A DNA stretch of 64,000 nt from an uncultured Planctomycetales bacterium (GTDB taxonomy: Bacteria; Omnitrophota; Gorgyraeia; Gygaellales; Profunditerraquicolaceae): positions 26,896-90,895 of the forward strand of contig CAZYCL010000007.1 in the NCBI GenBank assembly GCA_964645795.1, read 5' to 3'. The translations under genes were made by a program, and so were the position numbers. Below, one piece after another: positions 10,312 to 21,936 of the stretch. The notes beneath the pieces are model-generated. The model saw nothing but the letters and a program-made list of their open reading frames with translations. It was not told the DNA's origin and made no database searches. Numbering within the stretch: the first letter of the stretch is position 1; each line of letters begins with the position of its first letter.

Positions 10312-11244
10312 TTAGGTGTAGCGGGAAAGGATTATCTTGGCGCAGGCTAAATCTTTTTCAATTTGTTCAATTAATTCTGAAGTAGAACCGAACTTGCGGT
10401 CTTCTCTTATCTTTTTTACGAACTGTATCTCCAGGTTTTTGCCGTAAATATTTTTCTTGAAATCGAATATATGGACTTCGACATGGCGGCTGTCGCCGTC
10501 AAGGCTTGGCTTTTTTTTCAACTTCCTTACCGTTGGCCTTATGCCTATATAGCAGACGCCGTTCAACTCATTTTCATCCACAACCACCCTGGCCGCGTAA
10601 ATCCCGTCGGGAGGCAGCACCTCATGATGCAAGTCGATATTGGCGGTAGGGAATCCCATCCTGGTGGCCAGGGAATCGCCGCGGATGACCGTACCAAGTA
10701 CGCATACCCGGCGGGAAAGCAGGCCCTCTGCCTGGGCGAGATGCCCCATGCTGATGAGCTTGCGTATATAGGTGCTGCTTATTGGGCGAGAGCCGCGGCT
10801 TTTGACCTTGACTGCCCTTAGGATAAAACCGCACTCGCGCGAGAGCCGGCGCAGCAATCTTATACCGCCGGCTGCGTTTTTACCGAAACGGAAGTTCTCT
10901 CCGACAAATAAGGCTTTGGCGCCGATGCCGGCGCACACCGTATCCCTTATGAATGAAAGGGGGCTGATGCGTGAAAAGCGGCGGCTAAAACGTATAACGC
11001 AACAAACGTCTATGCCTTCTTTTTCGATAAGCCTCAGGCGGTGCTCCAGCGAATAGATGCTTTTTTCGCCGCGCGGATGCGGCCAGAATGTCAAGACCAT
11101 ACTGGTGCCGCGGATATCGCCTGCCTTCTTTACCGCCTGGCGTAATATATCCAGGTGGCCTCGGTGCACGCCGTCGAAGACCCCCATCGCCACCACCGGA
11201 TCCCTGAACTTAGGAAGAACGCTTAGGCCGTAAAATACTTTCAT
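10312..11244 (-). CDS. ribF: bifunctional riboflavin kinase / FMN adenylyltransferase RibF
   Basis: 310 aa with an N-terminal nucleotidyltransferase domain (GVFDGVHRGH) and a C-terminal flavokinase domain. Confidence 0.9.
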   Translation of the reverse strand: MKVFYGLSVLPKFRDPVVAMGVFDGVHRGHLDILRQAVKKAGDIRGTSMVLTFWPHPRGEKSIYSLEHRLRLIEKEGIDVCCVIRFSRRFSRISPLSFIRDTVCAGIGAKALFVGENFRFGKNAAGGIRLLRRLSRECGFILRAVKVKSRGSRPISSTYIRKLISMGHLAQAEGLLSRRVCVLGTVIRGDSLATRMGFPTANIDLHHEVLPPDGIYAARVVVDENELNGVCYIGIRPTVRKLKKKPSLDGDSRHVEVHIFDFKKNIYGKNLEIQFVKKIREDRKFGSTSELIEQIEKDLACAKIILSRYT

Positions 11245-11250
11245 CTCGAT

Positions 11251-12222
11251 CTATCTTAAGCTGCTGCGTATCTTAGCAAGCACTTGCCTTCGCACCGAAG
11301 CCAGCGCCCCTTTTACGGTAGCCCCTGAGGCGGTCCTGTGTCCGCCGCCGTTGAAATGTGAAGCGATCTTGTTGACGTCTACCTTGCCCCGCGAACGCAA
11401 GTTCACGCGTATCTCGCCTTTGGAGCCGAATCGTTCGCGAAAGAGAACCGCCACTTCTACCCCTTTGACCGATCGGCAGAAACTCAATACATTCTCGCCA
11501 AGGTCGAAAGACCTGATATCTTTTTTCAAGAACTTGCGCCTCAGCTCGCACCATATGATCCTGCCCGAAGCCTCGCGCCTAATGCCACCCAACGCGCCGG
11601 CCAGAAGCTTCATATCCTTAAAAGGGATATCTTCGTAACAATAACGGTAAACCTGGGGCACGTCTATATCGAATTGGAGAAGTTCGGAAACCGCCTGATG
11701 GGTCAGGCCGGAGGTATTGGAGTACCTGAACGAGCCGGTGTCGGTAAGTATTCCTACATAAAGGGCCAGGGCAGCCTGACGGTCAAGGGCAACCCCCATT
11801 TCTTTATATAAACGGAATATCATCTCCGAACATGAGGAAGCGGACGGCTCGACCCAGCTTTGGTCGCCGAAGTTATCATTGCTTATATGATGGTCGATAT
11901 TGATTAGCGCCGAGCTGCTGCGGCGCAAAGCCGCTACCTTACCTGCGCGCGAAAGCTCCGAACAATCAAGTACGACCATACAATCAAAATCAATCCGGCT
12001 GCTTTTGGGCCCAAGCTTCTGTATCCGTGCGGCATCGGGCAGGAAATCCAGGCCGTAAGGCAGCGCGTCCTGATTTAAGGCCACCGCCTTCTTGCCCAGT
12101 TTATTTACCAGGCGCAGAAAACCTATCTGGGCCCCTATCGCGTCTCCTTCGGGGCTGGTATGCGCGGTGATCAGAAAATTATCTTTTTCTTTTACGGTTC
12201 GGATTACGCTTTCTAGACTCAA
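11251..12222 (-). CDS. nrnA: DHH/DHHA1 phosphoesterase, NrnA-like bifunctional oligoribonuclease/pAp phosphatase
   Basis: 323 aa with DHH motifs (ITAHTSPEGDAIG; NIDHHISN) and a C-terminal DHHA1 GGGH motif. Confidence 0.8.
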   Translation of the reverse strand: MSLESVIRTVKEKDNFLITAHTSPEGDAIGAQIGFLRLVNKLGKKAVALNQDALPYGLDFLPDAARIQKLGPKSSRIDFDCMVVLDCSELSRAGKVAALRRSSSALINIDHHISNDNFGDQSWVEPSASSCSEMIFRLYKEMGVALDRQAALALYVGILTDTGSFRYSNTSGLTHQAVSELLQFDIDVPQVYRYCYEDIPFKDMKLLAGALGGIRREASGRIIWCELRRKFLKKDIRSFDLGENVLSFCRSVKGVEVAVLFRERFGSKGEIRVNLRSRGKVDVNKIASHFNGGGHRTASGATVKGALASVRRQVLAKIRSSLR

Positions 12223-12655
12223 TTCCCCCTCTCTTTCTCCTCTTTGATGATACCGCCTTCTTCGGGGAGCGCGGCTGCTTTCTCAAAACAGCCTCCTCCT
12301 GCCTGCCGCCGCCGTTTTCCAGCCCCCTTATCTCATCCAGTATCTGTTGTATTCTTACGCTGTATTCGCTGGACATATCCTGCCGGAAGATGATCTCGGG
12401 AGAGAATTTGAGATTAATCCTCTCGGTAATCAGCTTACGGATGAACCCCCGGGCCGACTCCAGCGCCTGGCTTGTCCTCTTATAATCCTCCTCCTTGCCT
12501 AATACGCTGTAGGTGATCTTGGCATGCCGGTAATCGCCCGAAAGCTCTACGCCCGTAATGGTCACAAACCCCAGGCGCGGGTCCTTTAGTTCGCTATGCA
12601 AGATCGTGCTCACTTCCTGTTTTATGGCCTCTGCCACCCTGTCGTGTCTTAACAT
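12179..12655 (-). CDS. rbfA: ribosome-binding factor A with a Lys/Arg-rich C-terminal extension
   Basis: The N-terminal ~120 aa match RbfA (RVAEAIKQEVSTIL...DPRLGFVTITGVELSGDYRHAKITYSV). The last ~35 aa are highly basic. The gene overlaps nrnA by 44 nt. Confidence 0.85.
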   Translation of the reverse strand: MLRHDRVAEAIKQEVSTILHSELKDPRLGFVTITGVELSGDYRHAKITYSVLGKEEDYKRTSQALESARGFIRKLITERINLKFSPEIIFRQDMSSEYSVRIQQILDEIRGLENGGGRQEEAVLRKQPRSPKKAVSSKRRKRGGIESRKRNPNRKRKR

Positions 12656-12656
12656 G

Positions 12657-12938
12657 TTAGATCAGCTCCATTTCGTGGTTAATGACGTTTATCCCCGGGA
12701 AGATGCCGGCGAATTCAATCACCCTTGATAGCGCGCTGTTCATCGTGCGCCTGTCCCTCTCCACCCCCACGATCGCCAGCCTCGATCTCTGCCATTTATC
12801 CTCGTCGTCGATCTGGGTCACGGCGACATTGAAGGTATTGCGCAGGCGCGCTTTAAGGCTGTGCAGGACCATGCGCTTGTGCTTTAGGGAGTTGCTTTCG
12901 GGTATAAAGATCTCCAGCACCAATATGCCGACGGTCAT
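12657..12938 (-). CDS. DUF503 (YlxP-like) protein
   Basis: 93 aa immediately upstream of rbfA, where YlxP sits in infB-ylxP-rbfA operons. The motif LEIFIPESNSLKHKR is typical of DUF503. Confidence 0.75.
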   Translation of the reverse strand: MTVGILVLEIFIPESNSLKHKRMVLHSLKARLRNTFNVAVTQIDDEDKWQRSRLAIVGVERDRRTMNSALSRVIEFAGIFPGINVINHEMELI

Positions 12939-14209
12939 CTCTGCCGGATAAGCTCTTTAACATAGAGCTCTTCATCCTGCCTGCTGTGAATAAGCCCGTT
13001 CAACTTTGCGTAAAGCACCTTCTTTAATATCTGCCTGTAGTCCGGCCCGGGAAGGATGCCCATGCTCAACAGGTCATCGCCGGACAAAGCGATCCGGGTC
13101 CCGTTATATAAGCGCAAGAAATCGTTAATATTGCCGTGCAGAACGGGGTTTTTATGTGACGCTTTTATATAAACTATCACCTCGTAACTTAAAGGCTCAA
13201 GCATCTCATAGATCTTGGCGGGCTTTAACCCGGGTTTTTTGAGTTCGGATATGAATTTGGAAGGCATTTGTTTGCAGTTAAGCAGCCTCTTCTCTTCTCC
13301 GCTCCTCAGGGCCATTGCGCGGCAGATCTTGGATATATCCTGGCGGTCAAGCGGGCTCAATAAACCCATAAGATAGACCAACCATACATCCAGCCCCCTG
13401 CGCCGCGGCAGATTCTTTCTAAACCAGGTGATCTCTTTTTTAAGCGCTCTCAAGAAAGAAAAAATACCGCGCAGGCTGCGGATCCTGTGGCTGATAAAAC
13501 CAAAACCAGTAAGCTCTCCCAGGCGCTTCAGATATCTGGCAGGATCCTCTTCTTTAAGGATAAGGATCAGGTCGTCACGCAGGCGCTGCGGCTGCAGCTT
13601 CTGGAGCATGCCGCTGTTGACGGCGTCCTTTAGCAAGCATAATGTATGCGGCTCTATCTTGAAGCCGAATCGCTGCTCAAAGCGGATGGCCCTTAAGATG
13701 CGGCAAGGATCGTCTATGAAGCTTTTATCATGCATAACGCGTATAAGCCGGCGCTTAAGGTCATCCTTGCCCGAGAAATAATCTATTAATTTACCGAAAT
13801 GTCCGCAAGATATGCCCATAGCCATGGAATTTACGGTAAAATCCCTGCGTAAAAGATCGTCCTTCATCGTGCCGGCTTCGACGACCGGCAACTGTGCCGC
13901 GCCCGGATAACGCTCTTTGCGTGCCGTCGAGACGTCGATTTTAAGATGGGGCCTGTAGTGGATGGTCGCGGTCTTAAACCTGGCGTGGGAAGTAACTCTG
14001 GTCTTTAGCGCGGCGGCAAGCGCTGACGCGAATCTTATGCCGTCACCCTCGATCACGATATCAAGGTCAAAGTTATTCCTGCCCAGGATCAGGTCCCGGA
14101 CAAATCCGCCGACAAGATAAGCCGGCATATTCAAGCGGCCTGATATATCCCTGGCCAGATATACTACTTCTTTCAATTCTTTGGGCAGCTTCTTAAGATA
14201 GCTTTCCAT
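12935..14209 (-). CDS. CCA tRNA nucleotidyltransferase / poly(A) polymerase family protein
   Basis: 424 aa with a Pol-beta-like nucleotidyltransferase head (GGFVRDLILGR...DLDIV) followed by an RNA-binding body. Confidence 0.75.
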   Translation of the reverse strand: MESYLKKLPKELKEVVYLARDISGRLNMPAYLVGGFVRDLILGRNNFDLDIVIEGDGIRFASALAAALKTRVTSHARFKTATIHYRPHLKIDVSTARKERYPGAAQLPVVEAGTMKDDLLRRDFTVNSMAMGISCGHFGKLIDYFSGKDDLKRRLIRVMHDKSFIDDPCRILRAIRFEQRFGFKIEPHTLCLLKDAVNSGMLQKLQPQRLRDDLILILKEEDPARYLKRLGELTGFGFISHRIRSLRGIFSFLRALKKEITWFRKNLPRRRGLDVWLVYLMGLLSPLDRQDISKICRAMALRSGEEKRLLNCKQMPSKFISELKKPGLKPAKIYEMLEPLSYEVIVYIKASHKNPVLHGNINDFLRLYNGTRIALSGDDLLSMGILPGPDYRQILKKVLYAKLNGLIHSRQDEELYVKELIRQR

Positions 14210-14227
14210 ATCGACTTTTGAGCTCGG

Positions 14228-15115
14228 CTACTGACGCGGATGAAACATCTTATGTACGGATTTGAGCCTTTCCTTGTTTATATGCGTGTAGATCTGAGTA
14301 GTCGAGATGTTGGAATGCCCCAGCATCTCCTGGACCGAACGCAGGTCCGCCCCGTGCTCCAGAAGGTGCGTAGCGAACGAATGCCTTAGGATGTGCGGAC
14401 GGATGTTCTTCTTTATCCGGGCCTTGAGCGCGTACTTCTTGATCAGCTTCCACAGCGACTGCCGGGATATCCTTTTGCCGAAACGGCTCAAATACAGATA
14501 CTCGCTTTCCTTGTTCTTAAGGAAAGCGGGCCTTGCAGTCTGGAGGTAGCGCGAAATACTGGCCACTGCCTTCTTGCCCAGCGGGATCACGCGCTCCTTG
14601 CGGCCCTTGCCCAGGCAGCGCAGGAAACCAACGTCAAGGTTCAACCATTCGATCTTGAGGTTTACGACTTCCGAAACACGCATACCTGTGGCATAAAGCG
14701 TCTCCAGTATCGCCTTGTCGCGTATGCCAAGGATGGTATTGGTCTGCGGCTGACCGATAAGCGCCTCTATTTCGTTCAGAGAAAGCGTATCGGGAACTTT
14801 CTTCCAAAGCTTAGGCGATTCTATCAGGACGCTGGGGTCGTTCTTAAGGACCCTTTCCCTCACCAGGAAACGGTGAAACATCCTTATCGCAGCCAGCCTT
14901 CTGGCGATAGAATTTGCCGATATCCCGCGACCCTTCTGGTCGAGCATGAAATCGGTTATGTCGTTCTTGGCTATGCGGGATAGGGCCGTAATGCCGCCCT
15001 TTTGCATAAAATCCAGATAGACATTGAGGTCCTCCCGGTAAGAGGTGACGGTGTTGGAGGCAAGCCCTCTCTCCACAGATAAATAACTGAGAAAAGTATC
15101 GATAAGCTCTTTCAT
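14228..15115 (-). CDS. xerD: site-specific tyrosine recombinase XerD/XerC
   Basis: 295 aa with the catalytic R...HxxR...Y set (HILRHSFATHLLE...LGHSNISTTQIYTH). The size and domain layout are Xer-like. Confidence 0.8.
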   Translation of the reverse strand: MKELIDTFLSYLSVERGLASNTVTSYREDLNVYLDFMQKGGITALSRIAKNDITDFMLDQKGRGISANSIARRLAAIRMFHRFLVRERVLKNDPSVLIESPKLWKKVPDTLSLNEIEALIGQPQTNTILGIRDKAILETLYATGMRVSEVVNLKIEWLNLDVGFLRCLGKGRKERVIPLGKKAVASISRYLQTARPAFLKNKESEYLYLSRFGKRISRQSLWKLIKKYALKARIKKNIRPHILRHSFATHLLEHGADLRSVQEMLGHSNISTTQIYTHINKERLKSVHKMFHPRQ

Positions 15116-15132
15116 GCCCGGCTAATAATCTT

Positions 15133-15749
15133 CTACATCAGGAAAGGATTGCTGGCCTTCTCCATGCCGATGGTAGTCTTGGGTCCGTGCCCCGGGTAGA
15201 CCAGGGTATCATCATCAAGGGTAAAAAGCTTTTCTTTTATCGACCTGATAAGAAGGCCGCCGTCGCCTCCGGGCAGGTCCGACCTGCCTATACCCTGACA
15301 AAAAAGACTGTCCCCGGTAAAGACCGCTTTTTCTTTTGGTTTTTCCAGCAGAAGCGCTATCCCGCCGGGCGAATGCCCCGGTATATGCAGCACCTTTAAC
15401 CTGATACCCTCAAACTCTATTAGAGAACCGTCATCTACCGTTATTACCTTTGATTCGACCTTGGCGGGAAGGCTAAACATCCCGGAAAGATTAAGCATCG
15501 GATCATCAAGCATTGCGCGGTCCCGGGAGTGTATGTATATCGGCACGCCAAACCTGTCATCTGCTCCGATGTGATCGTAGTGGCCGTGGGTATTAACGAT
15601 TATGCCGGGCTTTAGTTTATGCGCTTCCAGCGCTCTGCGGACCTTCTTTTCTTCCGCTCCCGGGTCGATGATTATCGCCGCAGCGCTGTCTTTAGCGGCC
15701 AGCACATAACAATTGGACTCAAGCGGGCCAACCGATACGGCTTCCAAAA

Positions 15750-15753
<4 letters not shown>
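15133..15753 (-). CDS. MBL-fold metallo-hydrolase (glyoxalase II-like)
   Basis: 206 aa with an HxHxDH motif (NTHGHYDHIG) and downstream His/Asp ligands. Confidence 0.8.
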
Positions 15754-18539
<2,786 letters not shown>

Positions 18540-18555
18540 ACAACCCGATGCCCCT

Positions 18556-19584
18556 CTAATTAAGAAACCGTTTTAGCTCTTCGGCTACCAGGGCATGCCC
18601 GGCTTCGTTAAAATGAGGGTCCTTGCGGTAAAAAGGGAGCTCTTTATTCTTCTTATAGTAATCCCAGAAGGCGTGGTTGAGGTCGATAAAAACAAGCCCG
18701 TGGTTTTTCGCCCAGCGGCGGCACTTACGGGAAAACTCCTGCGGATCATCGGCCTTATCGTGCATCAGGTTGTAACGCGAAGGCACGGCCATGAGATAGA
18801 ACCTGCCGCCGTAACCCTTGACCTGCCTGGCTATTTTGAGGATATAGGAAGAAGTCGGCTCTGCCATATCCGGGAACTGCTCGCCAAACCCGGCCCCCCG
18901 ATGGCCGTTCTTTGCCCCCAGATGCCCTAACATATACCTTAGCTTCTGATAGGTCATGCCCAGGGCGCGCAGAAAAAAAGAACTGCGGTAGAGCTTAAGC
19001 CAAAAAGCCGCTCTCCTGCCCTCTATGGCAATGAGATCCTTATCCGCATTGAACTTGGCGCTGTAATTATAATAGCTGTCTTCGTAGATGTCGTTAGAGT
19101 ACAGGAGCATAAAGACTTTAACGGGCTTAAGTTCGGCAATGCGGTACTTCCATTGCAGATAATAGATCGACGGGCTGTATGCCCAGGCCGCGTAGTTCTT
19201 CAGACAAAGCCCGGGATGGCGTTTTTGCAAAATGCCGAAAAAACTGCTTTCGTAGGCCACTTCCCTGGGGCAGGTAAAAGAATCCCCGAGAAAAACTACC
19301 AGCCTTTCCCTGGGGCAGGGCCCGCAAGCTCCGCTCTTTGATGGATCAGAGTACAGCCCTTCCTTATCGAAATATATATGGTGGCCGCCGAATTCACCCG
19401 AAGGAGTATAACTGTAAAACAGGTAATCGGCGGGCTGCCGGTGATGAAATACGCGGTCAGGTATAACGGGCGTCTGACCGTAGCCGACGTTAATGGCCCT
19501 CAAAAGAGCTTCTGCGCCGGCAAAGCAAACTGCCAACACAACCATTGAAAGCAGGAGGTTGCAGATAACTAGTCTTTTTCTCAA
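18556..19584 (-). CDS. secreted SGNH/GDSL-type hydrolase family protein (possible O-acetyl-ester hydrolase/transferase)
   Basis: 342 aa with a signal peptide, a GDS block (VVFLGDSFTC) and a C-terminal DxxH block (DPHFNEAGH). The annotated start is TTG; an in-frame ATG lies 13 codons downstream. Confidence 0.55.
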   Translation of the reverse strand: MRKRLVICNLLLSMVVLAVCFAGAEALLRAINVGYGQTPVIPDRVFHHRQPADYLFYSYTPSGEFGGHHIYFDKEGLYSDPSKSGACGPCPRERLVVFLGDSFTCPREVAYESSFFGILQKRHPGLCLKNYAAWAYSPSIYYLQWKYRIAELKPVKVFMLLYSNDIYEDSYYNYSAKFNADKDLIAIEGRRAAFWLKLYRSSFFLRALGMTYQKLRYMLGHLGAKNGHRGAGFGEQFPDMAEPTSSYILKIARQVKGYGGRFYLMAVPSRYNLMHDKADDPQEFSRKCRRWAKNHGLVFIDLNHAFWDYYKKNKELPFYRKDPHFNEAGHALVAEELKRFLN

Positions 19585-19698
19585 GACGATAAAACTTTAT
19601 TTCATAATACCGCACAAAAAGCGTGCGGTATAAATTCGGCCGGACAACTTACGTTCGCTCGCTTACGCTCGCTACGTAAGTTGTGGCCTCATTTATTT

Positions 19699-19718
19699 AA
19701 TCGGGGCGACAGGATTTG
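19699..19718 (-). repeat. 20-nt duplicate of the tRNA-Pro 3' end (degenerate tRNA fragment)
   Basis: AATCGGGGCGACAGGATTTG occurs at 19699-19718 and again as the 3' acceptor/T-arm of the tRNA at 19803-19822. The first copy is followed by a degenerate T-arm-like sequence (GGCTCGCAAATCC versus GGTTCAAATCC). Confidence 0.5.
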
Positions 19719-19804
19719 CGAGCCGCCCTCTTAAGCTTCCCTGCGGCGAAGTCCCGTCCGTCAATCTTCATTCAAGACGGGAAACCTGTGCCTACGGTTA
19801 TAAA

Positions 19805-19879
19805 TCGGGGCGACAGGATTTGAACCTGTGACCTCAACGTCCCGAACGTTGCGCTCTAGCCAAGCTGAGCCACGCCCCG
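19805..19879 (-). tRNA. tRNA-Pro (anticodon CGG)
   Basis: The reverse complement folds as a canonical cloverleaf: 7-bp acceptor stem CGGGGCG/CGCCCCG, a D-arm, anticodon stem CAACG/CGTTG with loop TTCGGGA (anticodon CGG), and T-arm ACAGG-TTCAAAT-CCTGT. No CCA is encoded. Confidence 0.9.
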
Positions 19880-20245
19880 CGTACAAACGCGGCACCAATC
19901 CATTCTACCAGAAGGTAGATACTTGCCCATCATTTTGGGCAAGGTGCCGATAGGATTGGGTGCCTATATCTATCAGGCGGGGCACTTTGTCCTCCGATAG
20001 GCAAAGGTGCCCCGGTCATTTGCTATTACTAATTCTATTAAGAAACGATATTCTATTTATTCGAGCGGGCAATCCTCGCACCCCTTTTATGTTTTTAACA
20101 GCTTGTGGTAAACTTACCACTTCACTAGCGCCTTAAAAGGCGCTAGCTGTTAAGAACATACTACTCTTGCCTGATAAGTATTTAAGTGCGAGCTCTTTTC
20201 GAATATTTGTTTTAGTATACCAGAATTCCCGGGAATTATCAATAA

Positions 20246-20836
20246 TTAGAAGTTAACATAATGTCGGGAAGCGGCTCTTTTGGCCAAAATATCAAACTCC
20301 ACATTAACTTTGTCGGAGGGCCCCTTGAAGCCTAAAGTGGTATTCTTAAAGGTGTGGCCGATGATGTAGACGCTGAAGGCCCCGGGCTTGCTGCCCATTA
20401 CCGTAAGGCTTATCCCGTCGACAGCCACGGATCCCTTGGGAAGCAAAAAAGGCGCATATTTATTAGGCACCGCTATATCGAAATAATGATTGCCTTCCCT
20501 GAAACCTTTTTTACGGATAACCCCGGAGCAATCAACGTGGCCGGTGACGAAATGCCCGGAGATCCTGTCGCCAACCTTGAGGCTGCGTTCAAGGTTAACC
20601 TTGTCCGAGACCCTAAGATCGCCCAGGTTGGTCAGCCTCAATGTCTCGGGTATGACCTCGAATGATACCGAAAGTGCAGAGATCCTTACGGCAGTCAAAC
20701 ACGCGCCGTTGACCGCTACGCTTTCGCCTACGCACAGCCCCTGGATTGCGGCATCGGCCTCTATTTCTATCAAACAGGTCTTGCCTCTGTTTATGCTTTT
20801 TACCCTGCCCAGCTCCTCGATTATCCCGGAGAACAT
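20246..20836 (-). CDS. ribE: riboflavin synthase (alpha subunit)
   Basis: 196 aa with two lumazine-binding repeats. The N-terminus MFSGIIEELG is typical of riboflavin synthase. Confidence 0.9.
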   Translation of the reverse strand: MFSGIIEELGRVKSINRGKTCLIEIEADAAIQGLCVGESVAVNGACLTAVRISALSVSFEVIPETLRLTNLGDLRVSDKVNLERSLKVGDRISGHFVTGHVDCSGVIRKKGFREGNHYFDIAVPNKYAPFLLPKGSVAVDGISLTVMGSKPGAFSVYIIGHTFKNTTLGFKGPSDKVNVEFDILAKRAASRHYVNF

Positions 20837-20841
20837 CCTTC

Positions 20842-21936
20842 CTACCTCACGTAAGCCTCGATAAGCATATCTTCCCCGATACGCTTTAGAGAAACATCCT
20901 TTAGCCTGCGCGCCTGACTTATGCGTGCGGCGCCTTTGCCCATGACCGCGCCTACCGCATCTTTGCCGCCGATGATCTTGGGGCTGATAAAAAACATCAC
21001 CTTGTCGACCAAGCCTTCGTCAAAAAGGGAACCGATGAGCGTACCCCCTCCCTCCACGAGTATATTGCTTATATCCATCCTTGCCAGTTTTTTTAAAGCG
21101 TATGTAAGGTTTATCTGTCCGCCTTTTTCTTTGACTTCCAGGATCCTGGCTTTTGCCTCCAGCATCTTTCTATTTTCGGTCTCCTGACCGCAAGAGCTGG
21201 GAAGGGTCACCAGGATCACCTGGGCATTGGCAGAGAAAATGTTTGAGCCCACCGGAGTGCTCAATTGACTGTCTATTACGATCTTAACCGGGTGCTTCTT
21301 GGAGAACCACGCATCCAGGCGCGGATTGTCCCTTAAAACGGTATTGACTCCGACCATGATCGCGTCGTAATCCTTTCGCATGCGGTGGGCCAACCCCCTG
21401 GACTTATCGCTGGTTATCCATTTGGAGTCGCCGCCGGCGGTAGCGATCTTGCCGTCAAGGGATTCGGCTACTTTTACGGTTACAAAAGGAATTTTCTTGG
21501 TGATATATTTTATGAAAACCTCGTTGGCGCGCCTTATCTCTTTTTCCATTACCCCCACGACCACTTTGATCCTGTTTTGCTTTAACGCCTCGATGCCCTT
21601 GCCGTTATTGATGGGGTTAGGGTCGATCATCCCTATCACGACTTCTCTAACCTTGGCGCGTATGATCGCGTCCACGCAGGGGGGCGTCCTGCCGAAATGC
21701 CTGCAAGGCTCCAGCGTCACATAAAGTACGGAACCCCTGGCTTTATCGCCGGCATCCTCCAGGGCCAGGACTTCCGCATGAGCAAGCCCTACGCGCTTAT
21801 GGTATCCTTGTCCGACGATACGTCCATCTTTGACCACAACCGCCCCTACGACCGGATTGGGGCTGGTTAGGCCTTTTGCCTTTAAAGAAAGCTTCAGGGC
21901 CAGCTTCATGTAGTATTGATGATCTCTCATGGGCAC
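20842..21936 (-). CDS. ribD: bifunctional diaminohydroxyphosphoribosylaminopyrimidine deaminase / 5-amino-6-(5-phosphoribosylamino)uracil reductase RibD
   Basis: 364 aa with an N-terminal CMP/dCMP-type deaminase zinc motif (HAEVLAL...PCRHFGRTPPC) and a C-terminal RibD reductase domain. Confidence 0.9.
   Translation of the reverse strand: MPMRDHQYYMKLALKLSLKAKGLTSPNPVVGAVVVKDGRIVGQGYHKRVGLAHAEVLALEDAGDKARGSVLYVTLEPCRHFGRTPPCVDAIIRAKVREVVIGMIDPNPINNGKGIEALKQNRIKVVVGVMEKEIRRANEVFIKYITKKIPFVTVKVAESLDGKIATAGGDSKWITSDKSRGLAHRMRKDYDAIMVGVNTVLRDNPRLDAWFSKKHPVKIVIDSQLSTPVGSNIFSANAQVILVTLPSSCGQETENRKMLEAKARILEVKEKGGQINLTYALKKLARMDISNILVEGGGTLIGSLFDEGLVDKVMFFISPKIIGGKDAVGAVMGKGAARISQARRLKDVSLKRIGEDMLIEAYVR

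Noticed and set aside
14228-15115. A tyrosine recombinase plus the nearby tRNA-Pro repeat as evidence of an integrated mobile element.
   Set aside because: The recombinase has XerD-like size and motifs and sits among housekeeping genes (cca, ligA) 4.7 kb from the tRNA. There are no phage, conjugation or cargo genes between them. I treat it as chromosomal xerD.
20223-20237. GAATTCCCGGGAATT (EcoRI-SmaI-like palindrome) immediately after the ribE stop looked like a cloning-vector polylinker scar.
   Set aside because: Flanking sequence is contiguous native intergenic DNA with no other vector hallmarks, and the second half is GAATTA rather than GAATTC. It is more likely a natural short hairpin.
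19880-20245. Considered tmRNA, RNase P RNA, SRP RNA or 6S RNA for the structured ribE/tRNA-Pro spacer.
   Set aside because: There is no tRNA-like 3' end (GGTTCGANTCC) as in tmRNA, no GGAAAGTCCGGGCT/ACAGAAACCCGGCTTA P4 elements for RNase P, and no GGAAGCAGC-type SRP domain IV. The palindromes are short and independent.
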